Positions 29,978 through 39,116 of a DNA stretch of 64,000 nt are shown here, piece after piece (the first letter of the stretch is position 1; every line of letters starts with the position of its first letter). Under the pieces are notes generated by a model. It did no database searches and was not told where the DNA came from. It was given only the letters and a program-made list of their open reading frames with translations. Source of the stretch: a bacterium (GTDB lineage: Bacteria > Latescibacterota > Latescibacteria > Latescibacterales > Latescibacteraceae); assembly GCA_021372535.1 (NCBI GenBank), contig JAJFUH010000112.1, positions 1,034 to 65,033 on the forward strand, written 5' to 3'. Both the position numbers and the translations under genes were made by a program.

Positions 29978-31030
29978 TCAGCGTTTTTTCAGCTTTTTTA
30001 TATTGTCAATAATTTCTTTTATAGACCCGGCGCTCAGTTTAAAGACAATGCCGCGGATACCCTGTATTGCGGGAATTTCCATCGTTTCATCGGGATTTTC
30101 GGAATAGACGAGAACCGGTATGCGGACACGATACACGAATTGCTGTATTAATTCATTTTTTTTATCGTAATTCTGTTTCTCACGGGAAACGTATTTAACA
30201 AGTGCATAATCCGCTTCATCATGAATTATATAATTATCGGTGGAATCGAACGTTTCTGTATACCCGATCAGCATTCCCGGGCCGGCAACCGTACGATATC
30301 TGTCGGGCGATATATCCGAAGTATCGATGTGAATTCCGTCCGCATCGAGCATTAACGCGCAATCGAGACGATCGCATATCAGTACCGGGATGTTATTTTC
30401 TTTACAGAGTACCACGAGGGGTGACGCATGCTCCATAAATACTCCGTCACTGGAGTTATTGTCGCTGTATGCTATGATATCCACGCCTGCATCAATCGTT
30501 GCCAATGCGCATTCAGCCGCGTCATTATCATATAGAGCATCGTGGTCAATAACGACAAATACTTTAAGATTGTCGTTATTGAATACACGGATTTTATGGA
30601 TATGGATTGCGAAGGTCTGTTCGATGTCATACATGCGGAACCGGATGGTTTTAAAGTGATGAGACAGGTGCGGGAAAAGAAGTTTGCTGTACTCCTCGAG
30701 CGTTCGGAGCGCCTCCTCAGTCCTGCCGGCATTTGCCTTCACGATGGAAAGGATATCGTCGCGCGTGCGTTCCGACCGGGTTTCTCCGCTCCGTAAAACA
30801 TCTGAGTCCGACCCGCGGGATGCAAGGAGAAGGCTGTCGAGGCTCTTTTCGGATTTTACCACCTGGGCGAGTTCGTGCCGTATATCCTTGACGGCTCGTG
30901 TCAATGCCTCATCGTCGAACAGCATACGGGCGGTATCTTCAAGCACTCGTATGCCTTCCGCAGCCCGGTTAAGGCTGGCATCGATCAGGCGCAGTATGCT
31001 TTTTTGCAAAGGTTTCATGGCCTGTTTCAA
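29978..31030 (-). CDS. Thiamine-phosphate synthase (ThiE)-like TIM-barrel protein with an N-terminal extension of about 140 aa
   Basis: The C-terminal half carries ThiE blocks (ICDRLDCALMLDADGIHIDTSD resembles [22 protein letters not shown]; also GPGMLIGYT). The N-terminal domain is unassigned. Confidence 0.5.
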   Translation of the reverse strand: MKQAMKPLQKSILRLIDASLNRAAEGIRVLEDTARMLFDDEALTRAVKDIRHELAQVVKSEKSLDSLLLASRGSDSDVLRSGETRSERTRDDILSIVKANAGRTEEALRTLEEYSKLLFPHLSHHFKTIRFRMYDIEQTFAIHIHKIRVFNNDNLKVFVVIDHDALYDNDAAECALATIDAGVDIIAYSDNNSSDGVFMEHASPLVVLCKENNIPVLICDRLDCALMLDADGIHIDTSDISPDRYRTVAGPGMLIGYTETFDSTDNYIIHDEADYALVKYVSREKQNYDKKNELIQQFVYRVRIPVLVYSENPDETMEIPAIQGIRGIVFKLSAGSIKEIIDNIKKLKKR

Positions 31031-31099
31031 TCGGGTAATTTGGAGGGATTTTCCTGTTTCAGAAGTTAAAAAAAGCTCCCGGGTGAAGGAGCTTATGAT

Positions 31100-31321
31100 T
31101 CATTCGTTTGAAAGGTCTTTGTAATTGAGTTTCACATGACCTTCGCCCTGCTCCTGAACGATTTTAACTATCCACCCCTTTACTTCTTCACCGTTGATTT
31201 TAATTACCTTCGGTTTTTTTTCAAGCACTTTTGTTTTCGGATTCAGTCCAGAACATTTGCCTTTGATATCACGGCAAAAAATCCACTCTGTTCCCGGGTC
31301 GGTATTCTTTTGAGACATCAT
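31100..31321 (-). CDS. Small hypothetical protein (73 aa)
   Basis: ORF co-directional with and immediately downstream of the DUF2229 gene. No family was recognised. Confidence 0.35.
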   Translation of the reverse strand: MMSQKNTDPGTEWIFCRDIKGKCSGLNPKTKVLEKKPKVIKINGEEVKGWIVKIVQEQGEGHVKLNYKDLSNE

Positions 31322-31375
31322 GACACCCCATATATAAAGTATCTTGTTGTGTAACAGAGAAATAATAAGGACATA

Positions 31376-32656
31376 TTAACGGTTTTCGAAAAACCTGTTG
31401 TAACGTCTTTCCACCTTCTTTCTGCTCATATATCCTTTTACCAGTTCCATATAAATGCCGATATCCCTGTCCATGTCGACGTTCACGCCATCATAATAGA
31501 ATACCCTGCAGGGGATATTGTTGTGATCCTTTGAGAAGGACGGATAAACCGCTTCGGTAACAATGCCGTTCATACAGGAAAAGGGGCTGATATCGACAAT
31601 TCCGTCAACGCCCTTTGCATAATAATACCCTGATTTCCCTATACTTATCGCCATCTCGCCAAGAGCCCCCGAAGGCGGGAGATAGGATTCCGCCAGATTC
31701 ATCACTTCCGAAACATCCGATGGCTCCTCATATCCGACGAAATCATCATGGAAAAGTTCGAGAAGTTTATGTTCATCCTTTTTCATCACACTCTTTTTTA
31801 TCTGGACAAGCGCCATATCGACCGAAAACCGTTTGTTCTGTTTTATCAGATTATCCATACGGGTCCAGTCAGTATAGAATACCCATTCACTGAGGTCGGC
31901 GATCCATGTCTCGGCGCCGTTTTCTTCAAGTTTTCTGATCATGTTGTCATTGGCAAACCTGTTGTGACGGCAGTATATTTCGCCGACTATGGCCAGAAGC
32001 GGCTTCCCCTTTTTATAATCGGCGTCGATTGCCCTGAATCTGTCTCTTGCCCTGACGAGAGTTTCCTTTACCAGCGCGACAGAACGGCTGTACGACAAAT
32101 CGGTTCTCTCCAGCGCCTTTTCCTGTTCCACAAGCGATCGTTCGTAGACATCATCGGCAGTTCCTTTGGTTTTTTCATACGGTCTTGTCTTAAAAAGCAT
32201 TTTCCGCAGAATATCCGAGGCAACCACCGCTATCCAGGCTTTCTTGAAAAATGTAATACTCCCGATGCCGCCATATCCATTTGAGGAAGTTGGAGATAAA
32301 ACGATGACATCGTTCAGGTTGAGGTCTGCCAATACTTTTTCAAGCAGATGACAGTACTGGCCGAAACGGCAGGGACCATTGGCAGTCAGCATCATGAATG
32401 CCGTTTTTTTAGGATCGAATCCTTCCGCTTCAGTAATTTTTAAAAAGTCGCCGAGTGTTATCTTTTCGGGGAAACATTCTTCACCCGATGAATACATCGC
32501 TCCGAGTTCGAGGGTCCGTGCATCGGAAGGCGGGGTGATACGGGCTTCGATTCCCTGTGAGCGGAAAACGGCGGCAAGCAGTCTGGCGCCTGCCTGTGTC
32601 ATCGGGGGAATATAGACTGTTCTTCCCTTGAGTGTCTGCGCGCCATCGACTTTCAT
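31376..32656 (-). CDS. DUF2229-type protein (the conserved partner of CoA-substrate-specific enzyme activase)
   Basis: The start was chosen at MKVDGAQTLKG, giving an ATGA overlap with the activase stop. It has a Cys-rich region (GPCRFGQYCH...EIYCRHNRF). Pairing with the upstream gene matches the known fused-protein architecture. Confidence 0.6.
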   Translation of the reverse strand: MKVDGAQTLKGRTVYIPPMTQAGARLLAAVFRSQGIEARITPPSDARTLELGAMYSSGEECFPEKITLGDFLKITEAEGFDPKKTAFMMLTANGPCRFGQYCHLLEKVLADLNLNDVIVLSPTSSNGYGGIGSITFFKKAWIAVVASDILRKMLFKTRPYEKTKGTADDVYERSLVEQEKALERTDLSYSRSVALVKETLVRARDRFRAIDADYKKGKPLLAIVGEIYCRHNRFANDNMIRKLEENGAETWIADLSEWVFYTDWTRMDNLIKQNKRFSVDMALVQIKKSVMKKDEHKLLELFHDDFVGYEEPSDVSEVMNLAESYLPPSGALGEMAISIGKSGYYYAKGVDGIVDISPFSCMNGIVTEAVYPSFSKDHNNIPCRVFYYDGVNVDMDRDIGIYMELVKGYMSRKKVERRYNRFFENR

Positions 32657-35600
32657 GTTTTTGTTCCCTCCCAGGTGCTGAGAAAGCCTTTGGAATCGAG
32701 ATAGGCCTCGCACCGTGTCATCATCCCGGCATCATTGGAATGGCCGTCGAACTGGAGCACCAGATATGGACGTCCCAGCGCCTTCCTGATATACTGCTTG
32801 ATAAATGAATCCGGACCGCATTTGAAGTTGGTGATATAGATTATATCGAACTGCTTTTCCTGCGAAAGCTTGATTGCCGTCTGTATAATCTTTTTACCGT
32901 AATTCCAGTACATGTTCCGGTGATATCCGGAAATATCGGTTCCCTCGAAATCGAGGAAATCCATGGGAATGACATTAATCCCGTATATTCCCGCGAGTTT
33001 GGCGGCGACAGAGAGATTAATCGCCCGGTCATAAATGTTATACGGTCGCCCGACCAGTACGATAGCTTTTTCTCCGGCTGTCTTTACCTGTTCGACCGCA
33101 TGACGTCCCGCTTTTTTGAGGCTGCTCCTGAATTCCTGTTGCGCTTTGACCGCCTTATCGAATGCCCGTTCGGAAACAGCCCGTGATATGCCGTACTTTT
33201 TGAAATACTCCGTCAGCTCATTCCTGACCATCTTATCGCCGTCGCGGAAATGGAGGGTCGGCTTGAGGATTTTATCACGGTGCGGATGAAAAACCGGAGC
33301 ATGTTCGGCCACAAACGGGAGTGTCATCCCCCAGACACAGACAAAGGATTCATATTCGGGGGTTTCCGTTTCGGCATTGATGATATTCGGGAGCCAGACA
33401 TAATCCACACCTTTATCAAAAAGATGCCGTATATGCCCATGCGCGACAATCAGGGGATAACACGGTTCGGCCACAACGCTTTCTATGCCCATGTTTGAAA
33501 TGGTTGTATTTGTCGCATCCGAAAGAACCGTGCAGAAGCCGCATTCGGAAAGATAGACGTTGTAGAAGGGCAGCCTGTCATACGTATACATCGTCAGGGG
33601 TATGCCGACCTTGGGGCCGATCATTCCATTTTCAATATAACTGCCGAACAGCAGTTCCTCGCGTTTTTTATAGAGATCCTCGATTACCGCCGACTTCGAG
33701 ACTTTTTTACGTTTCCTGTAGCGTTCGGAGCACTTGTCACCCCAGTAGGTTTTTTCTCCGTCCACCGTGAATTCCTGCACGGTGCAGAAATTACTGCATC
33801 CCTTGCAGGTAAACTCACGTAATTCAAAGTGGACTTTGGTCAGATCGAATCCCTTGAATGTCGAGTCGAGGTTGATCGCTTCCATTTTACGTTTTGCAAG
33901 CAGGGCCGCCCCTATTGCGCCCATCACGCCGTTATGGGGAGGCACGATGATCTCTTTTCCGGTGACCCGAGCAAAAGCAGCGGCCACAGCATCGTTGTAT
34001 GCCGTTCCGCCCTGGAAGAATATGGTGTTGCCGATTTTCCTGTCCCGCACCACCCTGTTGAGGTAGTTATAGACCACCGAATAGGCCAGACCGGCGATTA
34101 AATCCGCCTTTGGCGCTCCGCGCTGGAGGTATGAATAGAGGTCTCTGCCCATGAAAACCGTGCATCGCTCACCGAGCCGTATCGGGTGTTCCGAGGAAAG
34201 CGCGATTCTCGCGAACTCGTTGATAATGCTGATGCTGAGGTCCTCTGCCTGTTCTTCGAGAAACGATCCGGTTCCCGCGGCGCATGCATCGTTCATGGTG
34301 AAATCGACCACGATGCCGTCTTCGATGGATATGTATTTCGAGTCCTGGCCCCCGATTTCAAATATGGTATCGACTTCTTTCCCGAGCATTTTTCTGCTGA
34401 TATGGAGAGCGCCGGTCTTGTGAGCGGTTATCTCGTCATTGATCGTGTCGGCGCCGATGAGAATACCGATGAGCTCACGGCCCGACCCGGTTGTGGCGAC
34501 GCCTTTTATTTGTATCCGGTCGCCGATTTCACGGCCGATTTCATTGAGGCCTTCGCTGACAACCTCGATGGGACGGGCTTTTGTCTGGGTATAGATTTCC
34601 TTGATGACATTGCCATGAGCATCGATTACAACGAGATTGGTACTGACCGAACCGATATCGACGCCAAGGTATGCGGGAATGGGTTCCTTCGTATCAGGGA
34701 AAGTAAAGGGTATTACGTGTTCGCGGAGTAATCTGACATGATCGAGGGTCAGTTTATCATATGAAGGGAATACGGAACTCTTGGTTTGAGTCCTCGCAGA
34801 CTGAATCATCACCGGCGCCTGGTCGAGCGACTTGATCGCGCATCCGAGGGCTCCGAGCCAGTTCATGGTCTGCGGAGTATATATATCGTTATCGTCAAGG
34901 TCGAAAATCTGCCGTATCGACTGGAGCATCCCCGAATTCATAGCCACACCGCCGATAAACAGTACCGGCGGCGTTACTTTCTTGCTGCGGCAGATTACGC
35001 TCTTGAAATTACGTGAAACGGCATTGCAGAGACCCTTGAGCACTTCATCGGGCTGATACCCGCGCTGCTGGGCGTGTATCATGTCCGATTTTGCAAAAAC
35101 CGAGCACCTTCCCGCAATCTGAGCGGCTTTGGATGCCTTTTCCACAACCGTGCCGATTTCCTCTATGCGGAACTTGAGCCTCGATGCCTGCTGGTCTACA
35201 AACGCTCCCGTTCCCGCCGCACAGTCGCCGTTGTTGCCGTAATCGATAATGTTGAGAGTACCGTTGGAGGTATCTTTCCCTAGAAGGATATACCGTGATG
35301 TTTCTCCCCCCATTTCGAAAATGGTCCGGACATCCGGGTGGAAATGGTTCACAGCTTCGACAATGGCGGCAAATTCATTGATAACGGGGACATTGTAATA
35401 TGTTCCCGCAAGCTTGCCGCCTGAGCCGGTTACCGTGAGATGCAGTTCGCCGCCGTCCAGAAATTCCATGATGGAATCAAGAATAGTCTGGGCCGCAACA
35501 AGGGGCTGTCCCTTGATCCGCTGGTATCGTGACAGAACGACTGCAAACGCTGCATTATCCTGTTCCGTGTCGAAGGAGAAAAACTCTTTGTGAGACGCCA

Positions 35601-35691
35601 TTTTCCGTAATACGGCTTTATCCTCTTTATTCACGATAACCGCAGCTTTTATACTTACCGAACCGATATCGATGCCTATTCCGACCTTCAT
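32653..35691 (-). CDS. CoA-substrate-specific enzyme activase: two tandem BadF/BadG/BcrA/BcrD (HgdC-like) ATPase domains plus an HgdB/HgdD-like dehydratase-component domain
   Basis: 1012 aa. There are two ASKHA N-terminal motifs (GIGIDIGSVSIKAAV and YLGVDIGSVSTNLVVI). Cys clusters are typical of the dehydratase component (CKGCSNFCTV, CYPLIVAHGH). Confidence 0.7.
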   Translation of the reverse strand: MKVGIGIDIGSVSIKAAVIVNKEDKAVLRKMASHKEFFSFDTEQDNAAFAVVLSRYQRIKGQPLVAAQTILDSIMEFLDGGELHLTVTGSGGKLAGTYYNVPVINEFAAIVEAVNHFHPDVRTIFEMGGETSRYILLGKDTSNGTLNIIDYGNNGDCAAGTGAFVDQQASRLKFRIEEIGTVVEKASKAAQIAGRCSVFAKSDMIHAQQRGYQPDEVLKGLCNAVSRNFKSVICRSKKVTPPVLFIGGVAMNSGMLQSIRQIFDLDDNDIYTPQTMNWLGALGCAIKSLDQAPVMIQSARTQTKSSVFPSYDKLTLDHVRLLREHVIPFTFPDTKEPIPAYLGVDIGSVSTNLVVIDAHGNVIKEIYTQTKARPIEVVSEGLNEIGREIGDRIQIKGVATTGSGRELIGILIGADTINDEITAHKTGALHISRKMLGKEVDTIFEIGGQDSKYISIEDGIVVDFTMNDACAAGTGSFLEEQAEDLSISIINEFARIALSSEHPIRLGERCTVFMGRDLYSYLQRGAPKADLIAGLAYSVVYNYLNRVVRDRKIGNTIFFQGGTAYNDAVAAAFARVTGKEIIVPPHNGVMGAIGAALLAKRKMEAINLDSTFKGFDLTKVHFELREFTCKGCSNFCTVQEFTVDGEKTYWGDKCSERYRKRKKVSKSAVIEDLYKKREELLFGSYIENGMIGPKVGIPLTMYTYDRLPFYNVYLSECGFCTVLSDATNTTISNMGIESVVAEPCYPLIVAHGHIRHLFDKGVDYVWLPNIINAETETPEYESFVCVWGMTLPFVAEHAPVFHPHRDKILKPTLHFRDGDKMVRNELTEYFKKYGISRAVSERAFDKAVKAQQEFRSSLKKAGRHAVEQVKTAGEKAIVLVGRPYNIYDRAINLSVAAKLAGIYGINVIPMDFLDFEGTDISGYHRNMYWNYGKKIIQTAIKLSQEKQFDIIYITNFKCGPDSFIKQYIRKALGRPYLVLQFDGHSNDAGMMTRCEAYLDSKGFLSTWEGTKT

Positions 35692-35734
35692 AATGACCTT
35701 TACTCACAGTGTGATTGACGTAATAATCAAGAAC

Positions 35735-36292
35735 TTATGATGTGCTGTCGATTTTCGATATGGTGATATTCTGTTGAGCCTGATATTTCCCCTTCTTGTC
35801 TGCGTACGAGATATCACATGGACCATCTCCGCCCAAAAAGAGCACCTGGGCTATACCTTCATGCGCATAAATCCGGACGGGATGACTGTTGGTGTTGATA
35901 ATCGAGATGGTGACAAATCCCTCCCATTCCGGCTCGAAGGGTGTGACATTGACAACAACTCCGCAGCGGGCGTATGTCGATTTCCCGAACGTAATGGTGA
36001 TCACATCGCGCGGAATCCTGAAATACTCAACCGACTGGCCGAGCGCGGTCGACCCGGGCTCCATTTCGAGAATGTCACAGATAATGTCGCTGAACATCGC
36101 GTGTGTCAATATTTTCGGATCGATGGCGCCGGTGCCGGAAAATATCTTGAATGTATCGGAAACACGCATATCGTATCCGTATGAGGAGAGCCCGTACGAG
36201 ATTTTCCCCGGCCGTGTTTCACCCTCCGCAAATGGTTCGATCATGCCGTGTTCCAGCGACATCCTGCGTATCCATGAATCGGGTTTTACCAT
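35735..36292 (-). CDS. dcd: dCTP deaminase
   Basis: GYDMRVSD matches the Dcd GYDLRLG block. The C-terminus resembles the E. coli Dcd tail ([19 protein letters not shown]). The start was chosen at MVKPDSWI to avoid overlap with nrnA. The ORF track gives 36355. Confidence 0.7.
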   Translation of the reverse strand: MVKPDSWIRRMSLEHGMIEPFAEGETRPGKISYGLSSYGYDMRVSDTFKIFSGTGAIDPKILTHAMFSDIICDILEMEPGSTALGQSVEYFRIPRDVITITFGKSTYARCGVVVNVTPFEPEWEGFVTISIINTNSHPVRIYAHEGIAQVLFLGGDGPCDISYADKKGKYQAQQNITISKIDSTS

Positions 36293-36293
36293 G

Positions 36294-37322
36294 TTATGAA
36301 TCCCTTTTATTGAGAACCGATGCCGAAGCGTCCAGAACACGGGTAACGACTGCATCGAGCGTACCGTTCATGCTTGCCCCGGCAGCTTTGGGATGTCCGC
36401 CTCCTCCGAGGAGAGACGCGATTTCGTTTGCCGGAATCGAATCGGCCGTACGGAAGCTCGCTTTAAACAGGTCGGTCCCTTCCTGGATTACGAGAAAAGC
36501 TATCTTGATATCCCGGATGATACGCAACTGTTCGATTATACCTTCCGTATGCTCGCGGCTGGCGCCTGCCTGTTCGAACATTTCACGGGTAATTACCGAG
36601 TATACTATTCTCCTGCATGGTGTTATGCGAATCTCTGAAAGTGTCAGTCCAAGCAGTTTCTGACGGCAGAACAGTTGTCCCGATTCCATATGCCGTCGTA
36701 TATTCGGAACGTTTATGTTATATTCGTAGAGCTCCGATGCTATCCGGTGAGTCGTTGCCGTGGTATTGCTGTACCGGAAAAATCCGGTGTCGCTTACGAT
36801 CGCAGTAATGAGCGCTTCTGCTATCTGCTTGTTTATAATCGATCTGTCAATATGACACAGCAGATCGTAGACAAGGGAGCCGGTCGAACACGCACGGGTA
36901 TTGAGGGCGAGAATGTCAGCCTCGATCTGTTCGGGCTGATGATGGTCAATTACTGCTTTTATCGCGTCATTGTCGATAAGGAATTCTCTGATATGCCCCA
37001 GCCGCGCGTAATTTCCGAGATCGAGAACAACGACAAGGTCGCCTTTAACCGGGCTGTTTTCCGGTAATCTGGTCAGTCCGTATGATTCGATGATGCCATG
37101 AGGGTCGAGAAACCGGTACAGATCGGGTGTGGATGATTCGTTGATAATCCGGATTTTTTTTCCCATTCCTTTCAGGAAAACGGCAAACGCCATCACGCTG
37201 CCGACCGCATCACCGTCAGGATTGACATGGGTTGAAAGAAATATCCTGTCCGAATCATGTATCGCTGTGGCGATTGCCGTCCATTGGTTTTCGTTTTCAG
37301 GGTAAAATGCGGACATGGTCAT
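36294..37322 (-). CDS. nrnA: DHH-family phosphoesterase (NrnA-like nanoRNase / pAp phosphatase)
   Basis: It has the DHH motifs [14 protein letters not shown] (VIDHHQP) and [10 protein letters not shown]. Confidence 0.75.
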   Translation of the reverse strand: MTMSAFYPENENQWTAIATAIHDSDRIFLSTHVNPDGDAVGSVMAFAVFLKGMGKKIRIINESSTPDLYRFLDPHGIIESYGLTRLPENSPVKGDLVVVLDLGNYARLGHIREFLIDNDAIKAVIDHHQPEQIEADILALNTRACSTGSLVYDLLCHIDRSIINKQIAEALITAIVSDTGFFRYSNTTATTHRIASELYEYNINVPNIRRHMESGQLFCRQKLLGLTLSEIRITPCRRIVYSVITREMFEQAGASREHTEGIIEQLRIIRDIKIAFLVIQEGTDLFKASFRTADSIPANEIASLLGGGGHPKAAGASMNGTLDAVVTRVLDASASVLNKRDS

Positions 37323-38155
37323 AGTTTCTCATACCAGTTTTTCATCAGTAAGGCATCTTTTTCGAGCGACGGGCTCTCACACACAAGAAATCCACACACG
37401 CCGTTGTCTTTCAATACTCTGAGCAGATCGCGATAATTCAGGTCCGACTCATCGAGGTTGAGGTGTTTCTTCTCCCCTTTTGCGCCGAATTCGATGCCCG
37501 AAATATGCATATGCATACGTTTGAGCTCGTGATCGCCGAGCACAGATCGGATAGTGTCGATCACCGTTTGAAATTCCCGCGCGGTATTGAATTCACCGCT
37601 CCGGGCAAAAAGATGCGCCCAGTCGATACAGGGATGTATTCCATCGAGCTCTTTCGAAAGAGACAGAATCTCATCGAGAGAACCGAATTGTGTCGGTTTA
37701 CCGGTCAATTCGGGACGAATATCTATCGATTCATCAAAGGAGCGGACAGCATCACAAAGCCCTTCGAGCTCCTTTCGTATCGTTCCATACACCGTTTCAG
37801 GCGTCTGTTTGAGCATGAAGCCCGCATGAAACGTAATACTCTCTGCGCCGCTCAACCCGCCGAAGCGGGCTGTGTTGATGATACGTCTCCTCGATGCTTC
37901 GAGCTTTTCCGGCTCGACTGCGTTGAGGTTGATAAAATAAGGGCCGTGCGCGGAAAGACGTATGCCGTTCTCACGGGCGGCGGCGGCAATTTCACGGGCT
38001 TTGTCTTCACCCGGAAAGGTTCCGCGAACGTACTCGAGCTCCATGCAGTCGAGTCCGAGTTCACGCAGACGCTTACAGGCAGTCACCGAATCACGGGGTT
38101 GTGCCGATTCCGGTGTTCCCGCTGTTCCGAACAACAGACGGTCGACCGGTCTCAT
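37319..38155 (-). CDS. Xylose-isomerase-like TIM-barrel protein, endonuclease IV (AP endonuclease family 2)-like
   Basis: HGPYFINL matches the Nfo HxSYLINL block. FHAG, DWAH and MHMH are metal-ligand-like positions. Length is 278 aa. Confidence 0.5.
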   Translation of the reverse strand: MRPVDRLLFGTAGTPESAQPRDSVTACKRLRELGLDCMELEYVRGTFPGEDKAREIAAAARENGIRLSAHGPYFINLNAVEPEKLEASRRRIINTARFGGLSGAESITFHAGFMLKQTPETVYGTIRKELEGLCDAVRSFDESIDIRPELTGKPTQFGSLDEILSLSKELDGIHPCIDWAHLFARSGEFNTAREFQTVIDTIRSVLGDHELKRMHMHISGIEFGAKGEKKHLNLDESDLNYRDLLRVLKDNGVCGFLVCESPSLEKDALLMKNWYEKL

Positions 38156-38385
38156 CGGGCACCTTTCCGGATATACACGCTGATTTCGCCGTTTTTCTCG
38201 GACATGCCGAGAAATTCATTACCGGTCATCGCACACCAGCTCGGCATATCGTTTTTTATGCCTTCGTCATCGGAGATAACGGTCAGGGTCTCCCCTGCCA
38301 TCATTTCCTTGAGCCTGTTGGATGTTTCGATGATCGGCACCGGGCAGAATTTACCGACAGTATCGATGGTATAATCGGTTTCCAT
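38152..38385 (-). CDS. TusA-like sulfurtransferase (SirA/YedF/YeeD family)
   Basis: 77 aa with a CPxP motif (GKFCPVPI) near the N-terminus. Confidence 0.7.
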   Translation of the reverse strand: METDYTIDTVGKFCPVPIIETSNRLKEMMAGETLTVISDDEGIKNDMPSWCAMTGNEFLGMSEKNGEISVYIRKGAR

Positions 38386-38603
38386 GAAACATTCTCCTGT
38401 AAGATATATAATATGGTTAAGAAATCATTCAAAATCAACGATTTTGTTGAAATGCTCACCGGTTTGCCGTATTATATAAAATGGACAATTTTTAATAATA
38501 CCATACGAAAACGTAAAGTTTTGAAAAATTATAAGATATTATTTATATTGTTTTTATAAATTTACAATAATTCATATTACCTGGCCCGGTGAAAAGGTTC
38601 TCC

Positions 38604-39110
38604 ATGGAATTTTTCGATATTCTCGATGATGAAGGAAATATAACCGGCTGCGCTTCCCGTCAGGAATGTCACAGCGGAACACGCTATCTGCACCGGGTCG
38701 TTCATGTGCTCGTATTCGACACATGCGGGAGGCTGTACCTTCAGAAACGCTCGCAGGACAAGGATATAGAGCCCGGGAAATGGGATACATCGGTCGGAGG
38801 CCATATCATGTCCGGGGAGATGCCCGAAGACGCTCTCATTCGTGAAGCCGAAGAGGAACTGGGAATCACCGGAACCGCTTTTGAGTGCCTGTACACATAT
38901 ATAATGGAGACCGATATCGAACGTGAGCTTGTCTTTACCTTCCGGTGTACATGGGAAGGGACGGTCAGATTCCACGGACAGGAAATCGAGGAAGTGTGCC
39001 CGTTTGATGTAGCCACCATCGGGTCATTGCTCGGCAGCGGCTGTTTCACGCCTCATTTCGAGGAGGAATGGAGGCGATACAGTCAATGGACGGATCAAAA
39101 CGGGGAATAG
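38604..39110 (+). CDS. NUDIX hydrolase
   Basis: The Nudix box is GGHIMSGEMPEDALIREAEEELGI (Gx5Ex7REUxEExGU). The start was chosen at the ATG 38604. The ORF track uses a GTG at 38589. Confidence 0.7.
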   Translation: MEFFDILDDEGNITGCASRQECHSGTRYLHRVVHVLVFDTCGRLYLQKRSQDKDIEPGKWDTSVGGHIMSGEMPEDALIREAEEELGITGTAFECLYTYIMETDIERELVFTFRCTWEGTVRFHGQEIEEVCPFDVATIGSLLGSGCFTPHFEEEWRRYSQWTDQNGE

Positions 39111-39116
39111 CAGGCA

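Noticed and set aside
36293-36355. Upstream start (36355) for dcd from the ORF track
   Set aside because: It would overlap the nrnA stop by 60 nt and adds a non-conserved 21-aa extension. The Met at 36292 aligns with the E. coli Dcd N-terminus region.
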